Virus record (IMG/VR): IMGVR_UViG_3300038803_000160
Reading direction: 5' to 3' (one strand)
Source of the DNA: a virus
DNA length: 64,000 nucleotides
The position numbers were made by a program, and so were the translations under genes. Positions 38,767-48,148 of this stretch are shown piece after piece; position 1 is the first letter of the stretch; the number at the start of each line of letters is the position of its first letter. The notes beneath the pieces were generated by a model that saw only the letters and a list, made by a program, of their open reading frames with translations, did no database searches and was not told the origin of the DNA.

Positions 38767-40815
38767 TTAACGGACAGGGCAGACGCCGGACTGGCACTCG
38801 TCGGCGTCGAGGAGCGTCGTGGACGCGAGCCCCGTCAGGTCGACCGGCTTCAGCTTGGCGACGTACGCCCGGAACGTCGTCTCACTGACGACCGTCTGAG
38901 GCAGGTACGGGTAGCCGAGGTCGGTCGCGCTCTTCGTCGGGTCCGTCCGGTAGATGAACGACACACCGACGTACACATCCCAGTTGTTGAGAAGCCACCC
39001 GATGATCTGGGGCACCTCGTCCGGGGAGTAGGAGACCGTGATCGACGTGTTGTGGTCGACGTAGTGCTCCATCGTGGTCTTGTAGCGCTCAAGCTGCTCG
39101 ATCGCCGACTCCTGGTTGACCTCGACCAGCTCGCCGCCGATCTCGACCTTGGCGAAGTCGATGCCCGAGAACTCCACCGGCATCACGATGAGGCAGCCCG
39201 TCTCGTCGTACGGGTCCTCCTCGATCTGGTAGCCCGCGTTCGCGAGCTTCGCCACGAGCGGGTCGTGCACGTTGAAGCGGATGCGGTTGAAGATGAAGCG
39301 CCCGAGCGGCTTGTGCACGCCCTCCGGACACTCCAGGCCCTCGATGCCCATCGTCTTCGACTGCGTTCCCGACGGCTTGATCGTGGTGACCGCTGCGGGC
39401 GGCTGCATGCCGAGCTGCAGCGCCATGCCGTGCGCGCCGTTGTTCGCGATGAGGCTGAGCTGCTTCCACGCCGCAGGATCGTTGACGTGCTCCCACGACA
39501 CGACGCCGGTCACGCCGACGCCGCACAGACGCAGGTACTCGTTGAGTTGATGCCAAGCCTCCTGCAGAACGTCGTCGCGAAGGTCGACACACGTCTGCCG
39601 GTAGTTGGCGCGCGCGACGAGCCAGTGCGCACGCGCGAGGCCGGGCCAGTCCCCGTTGAAGCGGTGCAGGGCCGTCTCGACGAGATTGCAGAACGACTTG
39701 TCACCGAGCAGGATTTCGGCGCACGGGTTGATGCCCGAGAACCATGGCGCGCGCTTCTTCGCCGCAGCGGCGTTGATGAAGCCGGGCTCGCTGCCGCCCG
39801 CGTCCTGCATGAGCGCGAACACCTCCTGCAGCTCCGCCCGCGTCGGACGCGAGTAGAACATCAGGCTGTTGTTCGACTGCGCGCGCTGAGGCTGCCCGTG
39901 GTCGAAGTGGTCCTTCTTCGCCAACGCGAACTCACGCCACTCCGGGTCGCCGTACGCGAGGACCGCGATCTCCGCCGAGCGACGCGACGACAGGATGGTG
40001 CCGAGCCAATTAAGGACATCGAGAATGTCGATGGCACTGAGCAGCTTGCCAGCCTTTCGGGACATGATGCGCGCGATGGCGACGTAGGCCTTGGCGATCT
40101 GCTCGTCACCGCTGGAAATCCAGCCGTACGAACGCAGACGCCCGCCCGCGCCACGGATGTTGGAGAAGTCGAGCACGAGCTTCTTCGCGTCGTACTTGCC
40201 CGCCAGGAGCTTGCCGATCGAGCGAGCCCACGCCTGCGCACTGTCGCCGACACGGATCGTCCACACACCCGTCTTCGGGTCGAAGTTCTCGTAGTTCGCC
40301 TCGGGGCCGCGATCGTCGGGCGCACGCTTGGTGCGGATCACCTCGACGTTGTGGATCGGACGCTTGAAGCCGTTGAGCACGCCGGGCACCGGGCGGAAGC
40401 CGACGCCGCAACCCTGAAGCAGGAGCCACAGCGCATCGACGACGTCGTGCACCGTCCTGATCTCGACGAAGCTGCAGTTGAAGTTGGAAGACTCGCGCGT
40501 CTTCGCGATGTCGGTGCCACCGAGCCAGCGGGTGCGTCCCGCCACGGTGATCTTCCTGTCGAGGAAGAGAGCCTTCAGCTCCTGCAGCTCCGCTTCCTCG
40601 GAAGCGGACAGCGGAACCAGCTCCCAGACTTTCTGCTCACCCTTGCCGGTGAAGATCATGCCACCCTTGGCGCGCTCCCAGAGCCAGCGCTGGTGGGCGA
40701 CGATGCGGTCGGCAGCCTGATCGACCGTTTCGAAGAGGGTTCCTTCCAGATTGAGGGGGCGGAGGTAGGTGCGGGCCTCCACGATGGCGGCCCGCACAGA
40801 AGGCGTCGATTTCAA
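38767..40815 (-). CDS. nrdJ: class II (B12-dependent) ribonucleotide reductase
   Basis: RTYLR, FNCS, GCGVGF, NPCAEI, CNL, TTIKPSGT, C-terminal C..G.CP. Confidence 0.9.
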   Translation of the reverse strand: MKSTPSVRAAIVEARTYLRPLNLEGTLFETVDQAADRIVAHQRWLWERAKGGMIFTGKGEQKVWELVPLSASEEAELQELKALFLDRKITVAGRTRWLGGTDIAKTRESSNFNCSFVEIRTVHDVVDALWLLLQGCGVGFRPVPGVLNGFKRPIHNVEVIRTKRAPDDRGPEANYENFDPKTGVWTIRVGDSAQAWARSIGKLLAGKYDAKKLVLDFSNIRGAGGRLRSYGWISSGDEQIAKAYVAIARIMSRKAGKLLSAIDILDVLNWLGTILSSRRSAEIAVLAYGDPEWREFALAKKDHFDHGQPQRAQSNNSLMFYSRPTRAELQEVFALMQDAGGSEPGFINAAAAKKRAPWFSGINPCAEILLGDKSFCNLVETALHRFNGDWPGLARAHWLVARANYRQTCVDLRDDVLQEAWHQLNEYLRLCGVGVTGVVSWEHVNDPAAWKQLSLIANNGAHGMALQLGMQPPAAVTTIKPSGTQSKTMGIEGLECPEGVHKPLGRFIFNRIRFNVHDPLVAKLANAGYQIEEDPYDETGCLIVMPVEFSGIDFAKVEIGGELVEVNQESAIEQLERYKTTMEHYVDHNTSITVSYSPDEVPQIIGWLLNNWDVYVGVSFIYRTDPTKSATDLGYPYLPQTVVSETTFRAYVAKLKPVDLTGLASTTLLDADECQSGVCPVR

Positions 40816-40838
40816 GGGGTGATCTCCGATAACTATGC

Positions 40839-40855
40839 GTTAATTCAGGGTTAAC
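40839..40855. promoter_or_regulatory. CtrA-binding box upstream of nrdJ
   Basis: GTTAATTCAGGGTTAAC matches TTAA-N7-TTAAC on both strands. Confidence 0.65.
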
Positions 40856-40881
40856 GAAGTTATCTAAAGTCACCGAGAAAG

Positions 40882-41097
40882 TCAATGAGAAGAGTTCACC
40901 AGCTCCAGGAATTTCTTCTCACAAAAGGCGCGCAGCTCATCGGTATCCCAGGACTTTGAAATACCAATACCGAGGATCATCGCAGGCGTGAACTTCGTGG
41001 TGGAGCCATCGACGGGCGGATCGCATTCGACGAGAAGCTCGACCCCCTCGACCCCGTCTTGCGTTTTGTCCTCAAAGGTGATGGTAACTTTTGCCAT
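40882..41097 (-). CDS. hypothetical protein
   Basis: Co-oriented ORF with purine-rich RBS. Confidence 0.55.
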   Translation of the reverse strand: MAKVTITFEDKTQDGVEGVELLVECDPPVDGSTTKFTPAMILGIGISKSWDTDELRAFCEKKFLELVNSSH

Positions 41098-41210
41098 TTA
41101 TGCCACTCTCTCCCAAACACTTACAACGGACAGAATAAGGACGCCTACCAGGGATTGCAACGCGCGAGCCTCGTTCCAGTTAACGAGGCGTAACCGCAGG
41201 TGACTGTTCG

Positions 41211-41630
41211 TTACCTACGGTTTCGCTCAGCTCGCGTTGTGATGTACTCGGACGTTTTGCCCGGTACAGAGGGGCGATCGTCGTTGATCTTGCCCATCAT
41301 GATGGCGTCGATCAGGATGGCACAGCACGCCATCGTGTGCGCGAGATGGTCGACCAAGCTGTCAGACGCGAGGTCTTCGCCGTCGTACCAGGACGCAAGG
41401 TGCCGGAACGCCGCGTCGTAGTAGATCGACGCTGAGACTGTCTTCTCACGCCAGTTGGTCAGACCGTACTTGCGCTTTCCGTCCGTCATCGCCTCTCCGA
41501 GCTTCAGGATGGCGACGGGCGGGATGGCAGAGATGCCGGGCTTGGTGATCCCGATGGCGGTCTTCGGGTTGTCGTCAGGATAGGAGGCGGGAGCTTTCGC
41601 CCCCGCCGCCTTCGCCTTCCGGGCCGCCAT
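41211..41630 (-). CDS. DUF5664 dATP/dGTP diphosphohydrolase-like protein
   Basis: NPK..G..KYG..NWR..YYDAA.RHL..W..GED..DS...HLAH. Confidence 0.85.
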   Translation of the reverse strand: MAARKAKAAGAKAPASYPDDNPKTAIGITKPGISAIPPVAILKLGEAMTDGKRKYGLTNWREKTVSASIYYDAAFRHLASWYDGEDLASDSLVDHLAHTMACCAILIDAIMMGKINDDRPSVPGKTSEYITTRAERNRR

Positions 41631-42334
41631 CAGAGGCGCTTACCGACCGTCCGCGTGGACGGGGGCAGGGGCGCATCCGGAGCGGGCTTCTGCTCGACCT
41701 GGGGCTCCTCGCCGCTGTCGAGAGACGACAGCTCGGCCTCGGTCCGCCACTCCACGATCCGGAACTTGGGCGCGAACTTCGTTCCCACGCCCTTCACCTG
41801 GAAGGAGTCCGCGCCCAGCTCGACGACGGGGACCTTCGGCAGCTTGGTCGCCGGGTCCAGGTTCATCGAGAGCTGCTGGCCGTACTCCTTGAGCAGGCGA
41901 TTGATCGGGCGGGCCGGGCTGTCGGCCTTCATGATCATATCGCACTGCGGGCCGCCATCGACGCTCCGCACCGGGACCTTGACAGCCATCTTCCAGCCGT
42001 CGGACTCCTTCTTCTTCTCGACATGGCGCAGCTCCTTCACGTCGGGCAGAGGCGCCCGAGACATGATGGTCACCCACACCTCGTCGATGAGCTTGCCTTC
42101 CGACCAGCACTGGTAGCCGCGCTCGGCATGCAGGAGGTTCATGGCCCAGAGCGAGCCGTCATCGACGGTCTGCTGACCGATCGTCACCCACTGCCCAGTG
42201 TTGCCGTTGAAGCGAAGGTAGGCGCCACCGCGCACACCCTGCTCAGCCGCATCCTGAAGGAACGGGTTGTTCACCGGGTCCATCAGGGCGGACAGCCCAC
42301 CGGCTGCCGCCTTACTCACGAGATCATTCGACAT
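41630..42334 (-). CDS. putative single-stranded DNA-binding protein
   Basis: YLRFNG.TGQW, DGW, PVVEL..DSF..PKFRIVEW; lies in the replication module. Confidence 0.6.
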   Translation of the reverse strand: MSNDLVSKAAAGGLSALMDPVNNPFLQDAAEQGVRGGAYLRFNGNTGQWVTIGQQTVDDGSLWAMNLLHAERGYQCWSEGKLIDEVWVTIMSRAPLPDVKELRHVEKKKESDGWKMAVKVPVRSVDGGPQCDMIMKADSPARPINRLLKEYGQQLSMNLDPATKLPKVPVVELGADSFQVKGVGTKFAPKFRIVEWRTEAELSSLDSGEEPQVEQKPAPDAPLPPSTRTVGKRL

Positions 42335-42335
42335 T

Positions 42336-43430
42336 TCAGTCTTCCAAGTCCTTCACTGTCAGTTGCAAATAATCTTGCCCACGTTTCTGGTACTGAGACA
42401 GATCGAGACCGGTGGCTTCGAGCGCTTTCACATCGAGCGTCGAACGACCCGGCATTTTGGCGAGAGTCACCCGCCAACGATCCGTCTTTATTCCTGACCG
42501 CTGGATTTCGAGGAGCTTTTCGACGACGTCCTGTTTGACGCGTTTCATCTCATCTTCCAGCGGCTCGAACTGTGACTTCAGTTCGAGGTACTTCCGAACG
42601 AGCACTTCCACATCGCCGAGCTGTTCCGGCTCCACGTCGGCGCTCTTCTTCGCCGATGCGTACTCAGACAGAACGGCCTCGCCACATGCCGTCTTGAACG
42701 TGCAGTGGTCGCAATCTCCCGACAGCTTGCCTTCCGGGTACATGTCGGAGGCACACGTCGCTTCGAACACGCGCGTCGCCTTGGCCTTCGCCGACTCGTA
42801 GACGTCGGGATCGAAGTCGATCAGGAACGGCGTGATGTTGTCGATGAACGAGGCATCGACGTAGAGGATCAGCCAGTGGTCCGGCTTGTATTCCGTCTTC
42901 TCGCGGATCAGCCCTAGACCGACTTGCGACTGACCACGGTGTTTCGCTTTTTCGGTCGTGAGATTTGCGCGCGGATCAATCGACTTGATTTCCAAGCCGA
43001 TGCACCCGGAACGTACCCACGGGATTTCGATCGTGACATTACCGGCCGTGATACGAACAGGCCCTTCCGGAATGCCAGTGATGAGGCCGTCCGGGGTAGC
43101 GCTGTTCCTGCCAGAAACCAGCGAGCGCTGGTTAGATTGCCCGGCGAATAGGAGACCCAGAGGTTCCGGAAGATGTCCCTGAAGGGCAGGAGCAACAAAA
43201 TGATCCTCCAGGATATTGCCGCGCTGCATAGCTCCCCAACGCTGGGGCTCTTCATCCGGCTTGACTCCCTGCTTTCGTCCGATCTTGTCGAACCAGTTCC
43301 ACCGCTCGCACCGAAACACTTCGGATGCGCCGAGCGTGAGCGAACGATCATGCGACCAGGACTTCTGCTGGGTTGCGATGTAGTCGTTGAAGATTTTGTC
43401 CAGATCAATGTGCATGTTCGTTTCGCTCAC
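42336..43430 (-). CDS. Cas4-like PD-(D/E)XK exonuclease
   Basis: ASE..C.R, TPDG, EIKS, Q..Q, C..C.F...C. Confidence 0.8.
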   Translation of the reverse strand: MSETNMHIDLDKIFNDYIATQQKSWSHDRSLTLGASEVFRCERWNWFDKIGRKQGVKPDEEPQRWGAMQRGNILEDHFVAPALQGHLPEPLGLLFAGQSNQRSLVSGRNSATPDGLITGIPEGPVRITAGNVTIEIPWVRSGCIGLEIKSIDPRANLTTEKAKHRGQSQVGLGLIREKTEYKPDHWLILYVDASFIDNITPFLIDFDPDVYESAKAKATRVFEATCASDMYPEGKLSGDCDHCTFKTACGEAVLSEYASAKKSADVEPEQLGDVEVLVRKYLELKSQFEPLEDEMKRVKQDVVEKLLEIQRSGIKTDRWRVTLAKMPGRSTLDVKALEATGLDLSQYQKRGQDYLQLTVKDLED

Positions 43431-43480
43431 CTTTCGGCATCCTTAATGACGCAAATCGGGACATGTGTCAACTAGGGTCA

Positions 43481-43975
43481 CTATTCTTTGCGCGCAAATT
43501 CGCCGAAATGCTTCTGTGCGGCGGCCCAGTAGGCTTCGTTGGCTTCTTCCGGGGTGCTGAAGTAACCCAGGTGAATGCTCCGACCGCAGAGTCGGATATA
43601 GGCTCGATAAGGCTTGTTTGGACAGTTGTTGACGCGGATGACGTTCTTGTATCCGGTCGAGTTGTTCCGTTGCTTAGAGCGATTGCATGCGTTCTGCCCG
43701 CGCGACGCTTCGCGAAGATTGCTCCATCGATTGTCGCAACGATCTCCGTTGATATGATCCACCTCCTCTGGCCACGTTCCCGTCATCCAGAACCAAATTA
43801 AGCGGTGCTCGTAGTATGCGGTCCTTGAGCCTGGAACGCGGACGCGACGATAGCGTCCTCCTTCTATGTCGTAACCCACACGCCGCCCGAGAGAACGGGA
43901 GAAGACTTCTCCCGTCTCAGGATCGTAATGCAGGAGGTCTCTTACGCGAGAGAGGGTCAGTGTGTGGCCGCCCAC
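43481..43975 (-). CDS. HNH-AP2 homing endonuclease
   Basis: YDPETG, HRLIW, VDHINGDRCDNRWSNLR, HLGYF.T.EEA. Confidence 0.9.
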   Translation of the reverse strand: MGGHTLTLSRVRDLLHYDPETGEVFSRSLGRRVGYDIEGGRYRRVRVPGSRTAYYEHRLIWFWMTGTWPEEVDHINGDRCDNRWSNLREASRGQNACNRSKQRNNSTGYKNVIRVNNCPNKPYRAYIRLCGRSIHLGYFSTPEEANEAYWAAAQKHFGEFARKE

Positions 43976-45981
43976 GAGTCACCTTCCTTAGCTTCCGCGT
44001 CGATCGGACACACATATCCGAAGTACAGACCAGCGTCGCGAGCCGCTCGTACTGTTTCTCTCTTCACGATCTCGACGTGCTCGGTCCTGCACGCCACCTG
44101 CGTCTCGTCGTGCACCCACGCCAGGAAAACGAAGTCGCCGTCCCAGCCGTGATTGAGGCCCGCTTCCATCAGATACTGCTCGGCGAGCACGACCCACTTC
44201 TTCGAGATGAGAGCGCCGTCGGACTGCAGCTTGAGGTTCAACGCCGAGTAGACCGCTCGCACCGTCAGCGGGCGCTTGTCGAGCCCGATCAGGAAGCCGC
44301 TCGCCGCCTGCTGCTGGATCGTCTCCACCGCCGTGCGCAGCGCCGGGAGACCACGCATCAGCTTGTCGCGGATGCTGCGGCCCAGCTCGCGCTGGCGATG
44401 CGTCGGCCAATGCGGCTCAGCGATGATGCCGATCTTCAGATCGCCAGCGCCGTAGAGCATGCCGTAGATGATGCGCTTGATGGTCTCACGCGAGGTGATC
44501 CCCGTCGAGTCCATGTTCACCTGATGGATGTCACCGCGCAGGATGACGTCGATCAGCGCGCCATCGTCGAACGGGCGCACGACCTCGGCGAGGCACCGGA
44601 ACTCCAAGCCCGACAAGTCGACGCCGACCATCGTCCAGCCGGGCATGTGGCGGACGGTGAACAGGTCACGGCACTCGTAGCCGTACTCACCGTCGCGACC
44701 CTTCTTGACGACCTTCTTGCCGTCGATCTTCTCGACGACGACAGCCGGTACCTGTCCGAGGTTCGGACCGACGTGCGCGCCGCGTCCCGAGACGGTTCCG
44801 CCGACATTGTAGTAGCAGTGGAGCCGACCATCGTCCTCGTCGATCGTGTTGAGCCAAGCCTGCGCGCCGTTCGAGAGCTGCCCGAGGATTTTCTGATGGA
44901 ACAGAATGTCCGCGAGCACGCCCGCTTCTGGGATGCGATCCTTGAGCTTCTGCAGCACGCTGTCGTCGACTGACGGATTGCCGTTCTCCGTGAAGTCCTC
45001 GGGGCTCCACTGGTGGATGACGGTGAAGCGATCGATGATGTGCTGACGCGACGCTGGGTTGAAGTCCTTGCGAACGATCTTGCAGAACGGCGATCCGATC
45101 GACATGTCGCCGAGCTTCTGAGACTTGCGATTGATCTTCGGGAACGTGATGTCCGCCCAGATCGCGCGCGACTCATCCTCACCCCACTCCGTGTTGGGCG
45201 CGGCGTACGTGATGTTCTTGCCCTCGGGGATCGGGGCATTCGGATAGAGCGGACGAATGATCTTCTTCTTCTCGGGGCCGTACCAGTAGCCGTAGCGAGC
45301 CTGCGCCTCCTTGACGAGACGAGTGAACTCAGCTTCGAGCTGGTCGCGCAGTTTTAGGGCCGCCGCCCTGTCGAAAGGGAAGCCGTTGCGCTCCATGTAG
45401 CCGGTCAGATCATGGATGTCGTGTTCGAGCTGGGGGTCCCAGCCCCACTTCTCCAAGTCCTTCATGAGCCCGGCCCAGAGGATCGCGGTGATCTCGACGT
45501 CGCGAACCGCGTAGTCCTCCATCTCCTGGTTCCACTTGGCCCACGGGTCGAGACCCTTCGCCAGCATCTGCTTGGAGTAGTCGCCCTTCGCGAGCCCGAG
45601 GCGGTAGCCCCACGCGTCGAGCGAGTGCGAGCCGATGAGCTGGCCCGGCAGAACGCCCTTGCGGTTGAGCACGAAGTCGCGCTGCTTGATCTCGGGGAAG
45701 AGCACGCGAGACAGGACGAGCGTGTCGACGGCCTTACCCTTGGGATTGTACCAGGGGTAGATTTTCTTGATCGCCAGCTCGTCGAACCGGATGATGTTGT
45801 GACCGCCGCGAATGTCGGCCTCTTCGAGGCGGCGGATGCCCTCCTCGATGTTGTCCATCTCGTCGTTCTTGCGATACACGTCGATCGTGTTCCCCTCCGC
45901 ATCCTTCATGATGAGGAGGTGGATACGCGTCATCTTCTTCAGGAGACCGTCAGTCTCCAAGTCGTACAGAATGGTCGTCAT
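43957..45981 (-). CDS. polA: family A DNA polymerase with 3'-5' exonuclease (T7-like)
   Basis: DLETDG, GHNI..FD, DLSGLEFR, R..IK.IIYGMLYGAG, WVHDE. Confidence 0.95.
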   Translation of the reverse strand: MTTILYDLETDGLLKKMTRIHLLIMKDAEGNTIDVYRKNDEMDNIEEGIRRLEEADIRGGHNIIRFDELAIKKIYPWYNPKGKAVDTLVLSRVLFPEIKQRDFVLNRKGVLPGQLIGSHSLDAWGYRLGLAKGDYSKQMLAKGLDPWAKWNQEMEDYAVRDVEITAILWAGLMKDLEKWGWDPQLEHDIHDLTGYMERNGFPFDRAAALKLRDQLEAEFTRLVKEAQARYGYWYGPEKKKIIRPLYPNAPIPEGKNITYAAPNTEWGEDESRAIWADITFPKINRKSQKLGDMSIGSPFCKIVRKDFNPASRQHIIDRFTVIHQWSPEDFTENGNPSVDDSVLQKLKDRIPEAGVLADILFHQKILGQLSNGAQAWLNTIDEDDGRLHCYYNVGGTVSGRGAHVGPNLGQVPAVVVEKIDGKKVVKKGRDGEYGYECRDLFTVRHMPGWTMVGVDLSGLEFRCLAEVVRPFDDGALIDVILRGDIHQVNMDSTGITSRETIKRIIYGMLYGAGDLKIGIIAEPHWPTHRQRELGRSIRDKLMRGLPALRTAVETIQQQAASGFLIGLDKRPLTVRAVYSALNLKLQSDGALISKKWVVLAEQYLMEAGLNHGWDGDFVFLAWVHDETQVACRTEHVEIVKRETVRAARDAGLYFGYVCPIDAEAKEGDSWAATH

Positions 45982-47573
45982 TACTTCCTCTTCTTCTTGC
46001 GATCCATGTAGTCGGCAGCCGACCACGCGCCGTCGATCATCGTGACGAGCGTGCGCTTGCCGGATGCGTAGGTGACGATGTGGGTGTGGGACCACGAGGA
46101 GAGGCCGCCACGATTGTATCCCATGTCGAGCTTGCTAGACGTGCCAGCGCAGTAGACGCCCTCGTAGATGCCGCACGAGTGCGTGTGGCCTACGTTGACT
46201 TTCGGGCCCATCTTCGCGAACGACAGCATCGAGCCCCTGGCGCCGTTGGCGCCGCGATGGCCGTGCAGGCCGTTCTCGATGTCGCCACAGATGCGGAAGC
46301 TGTCGCTCTCATCCAGGAAGATGATCTCGCGCAGTGGCAGAACCTGTTTGCACGCGTACTCGAACGGCGAGAACGGGTCCTTGTCGTCGAGGATCGCCTC
46401 GTACATCGCGGTCTGCATGCGCAGGAAGAACAGCGCGTTCGCCGGGTCGTTTCGGTAGTCCCCTTCCTTCAGCCAGCGACGCAGCATCAGGTCGTGGTTG
46501 CTCTCGACGACGACGGTCTGACACCAGTCGCGCGACGTCGAGGAAAGGAACTCCGCGCAATTCTCGATCGCCTTCTCGACGCCGTCCTCCATATGGACGA
46601 ACTGCGCGAACAGGTGATGCGGATCGCGAGCGTTGTGGTGGTTGCGCGCCTTGAAGTCGAGCGTGTCGTGCATGAACTGGTAGCTCGGCATCAGCCTGTC
46701 GAGCATACCGTTCGCTCCCCACGCGCCGTTCTGCACGTCGGGGTCGATCTGCTCCAGGTGGATGTCACCCCAGGTGATCGCCTCGACCCGCTGGTTCTCG
46801 TAGATCATTCCGCTGACGACGCGCGTGCCCAAGTCCTGGAACGCACCGCTGTCCTCGGCGATGATCTGGCGAACGAACACCTCGTCGTCGGGAGTGATCT
46901 CGACGATGAGCGCACCGATGACGTGGTGGAACTCCGCGCGGAAGCCCGCCGCCTTCGGGATGTAGTTCGTCAGCGACACCGCGCCGGTCGTGAAGATGTG
47001 CTTGGCGGGCTCGCGGAACATCGTCGCGACCGACCGCATGCACACACGAGGATGCGGGAAGACGCCCCACGCGCCGCGCGTGTAGGTCTCGAAACCCGAG
47101 AGCGGGTTCACCGACGACGGCGAGATGTTGACCTCGCCGCAGAACACGATGCCCGGCGCCAGCTCGACACGCTCGTTCGTCAGGTACGGAGCGACGCGCG
47201 CGTGGAACACCGCCTTGCGCTTCGAGTGGTCCTCGAAGAGGCTCTTATTGTAGGTGAAGCCTGCGATGAGGATTTCAGCGTCGAGGAAGCGCGCGTACGC
47301 CTCCAGGTTCTCGATGAAGCCCTCGTGCACCTCCGTTGTGTCCTGCACGGACGACAGGATGTAGCGCGTGATCTGCCCCTTGCCGCGCTTCGGCGGCTTG
47401 CGCGCGCTCAGCTTGTCGCGCCGCACGAACCGGGGCTCGGCGAACTTCTCGTCCTTGGCTTTCCAGTGAGCTTCCTGGAACGTGGTGCGGGGGATGCCGA
47501 GGGCGCGCGCAGCGGCGCGTTCCGAACCGTGCTTGCGCACAGCGCGGAGAATTTCCGGCCCGGTGAGATGCAC
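45981..47573 (-). CDS. HTH + metallophosphoesterase-like protein
   Basis: GSERAAARALGIPRTT; GDIH, SNHD, HGH, GHTH. Confidence 0.75.
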   Translation of the reverse strand: MHLTGPEILRAVRKHGSERAAARALGIPRTTFQEAHWKAKDEKFAEPRFVRRDKLSARKPPKRGKGQITRYILSSVQDTTEVHEGFIENLEAYARFLDAEILIAGFTYNKSLFEDHSKRKAVFHARVAPYLTNERVELAPGIVFCGEVNISPSSVNPLSGFETYTRGAWGVFPHPRVCMRSVATMFREPAKHIFTTGAVSLTNYIPKAAGFRAEFHHVIGALIVEITPDDEVFVRQIIAEDSGAFQDLGTRVVSGMIYENQRVEAITWGDIHLEQIDPDVQNGAWGANGMLDRLMPSYQFMHDTLDFKARNHHNARDPHHLFAQFVHMEDGVEKAIENCAEFLSSTSRDWCQTVVVESNHDLMLRRWLKEGDYRNDPANALFFLRMQTAMYEAILDDKDPFSPFEYACKQVLPLREIIFLDESDSFRICGDIENGLHGHRGANGARGSMLSFAKMGPKVNVGHTHSCGIYEGVYCAGTSSKLDMGYNRGGLSSWSHTHIVTYASGKRTLVTMIDGAWSAADYMDRKKKRK

Positions 47574-48148
47574 TACCAGCGACTCCTTTCAATGCGGTCG
47601 TAGGCGAGCAGAAAGTCCTCCCGAGCCGAACGAGGACTTTTGTACCTGAGACCGATCTGTTTCAGCTTGGCCTGGATCGAGTAATCCTCGAAAAGCCAAT
47701 CCTTTACGTTCTCCATAAACAATGAAAGCGACTTCTCTGTCAAGACGTTCCGCGCTTCGAAAAGCAGAACTTGCGAGTCCGCATTGTGCACCTCGCGCGC
47801 GTCGTCGCCCGACAAAGAAATATCGAACTTGGAAAGGATTTTCTCTTGAACCCGGTTTTCAAATTCGATATACTCTGGGAGCAGTCGTTTCAATGGCTTC
47901 GGAATGTCAGCCACATAGGCTTCGCTGCCATCGTGCAGCAATCCCCAGAGCCGATTGCCCGGCGAAACGACTGCACTCACCAACATCGAATGCTCGGCGA
48001 CCGAAATGAAGTGGTCCGGGCTCTTGACCTGTCCATTCCAACGGCATTGCAGCGACAGGGCCGTCGCAATGTCGAGAATATCGACATCGGACGGTACCGC
48101 CGTATAAAAATCGAACTTCCTGCCACTCCGCACTTGTATCCAGGTCAT
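47573..48148 (-). CDS. HD-domain nucleotide phosphohydrolase (YfbR/YfdR-like)
   Basis: DIA.ALS..CRWNGQ, SVAEHS, LLHDGSEAYVADIP.PLK. Confidence 0.85.
   Translation of the reverse strand: MTWIQVRSGRKFDFYTAVPSDVDILDIATALSLQCRWNGQVKSPDHFISVAEHSMLVSAVVSPGNRLWGLLHDGSEAYVADIPKPLKRLLPEYIEFENRVQEKILSKFDISLSGDDAREVHNADSQVLLFEARNVLTEKSLSLFMENVKDWLFEDYSIQAKLKQIGLRYKSPRSAREDFLLAYDRIERSRW

Noticed and set aside
42336..43430. CRISPR-Cas system suggested by the Cas4-like gene
   Set aside because: No repeat-spacer array or other cas genes; solo Cas4-like nucleases are common in phage replication modules.
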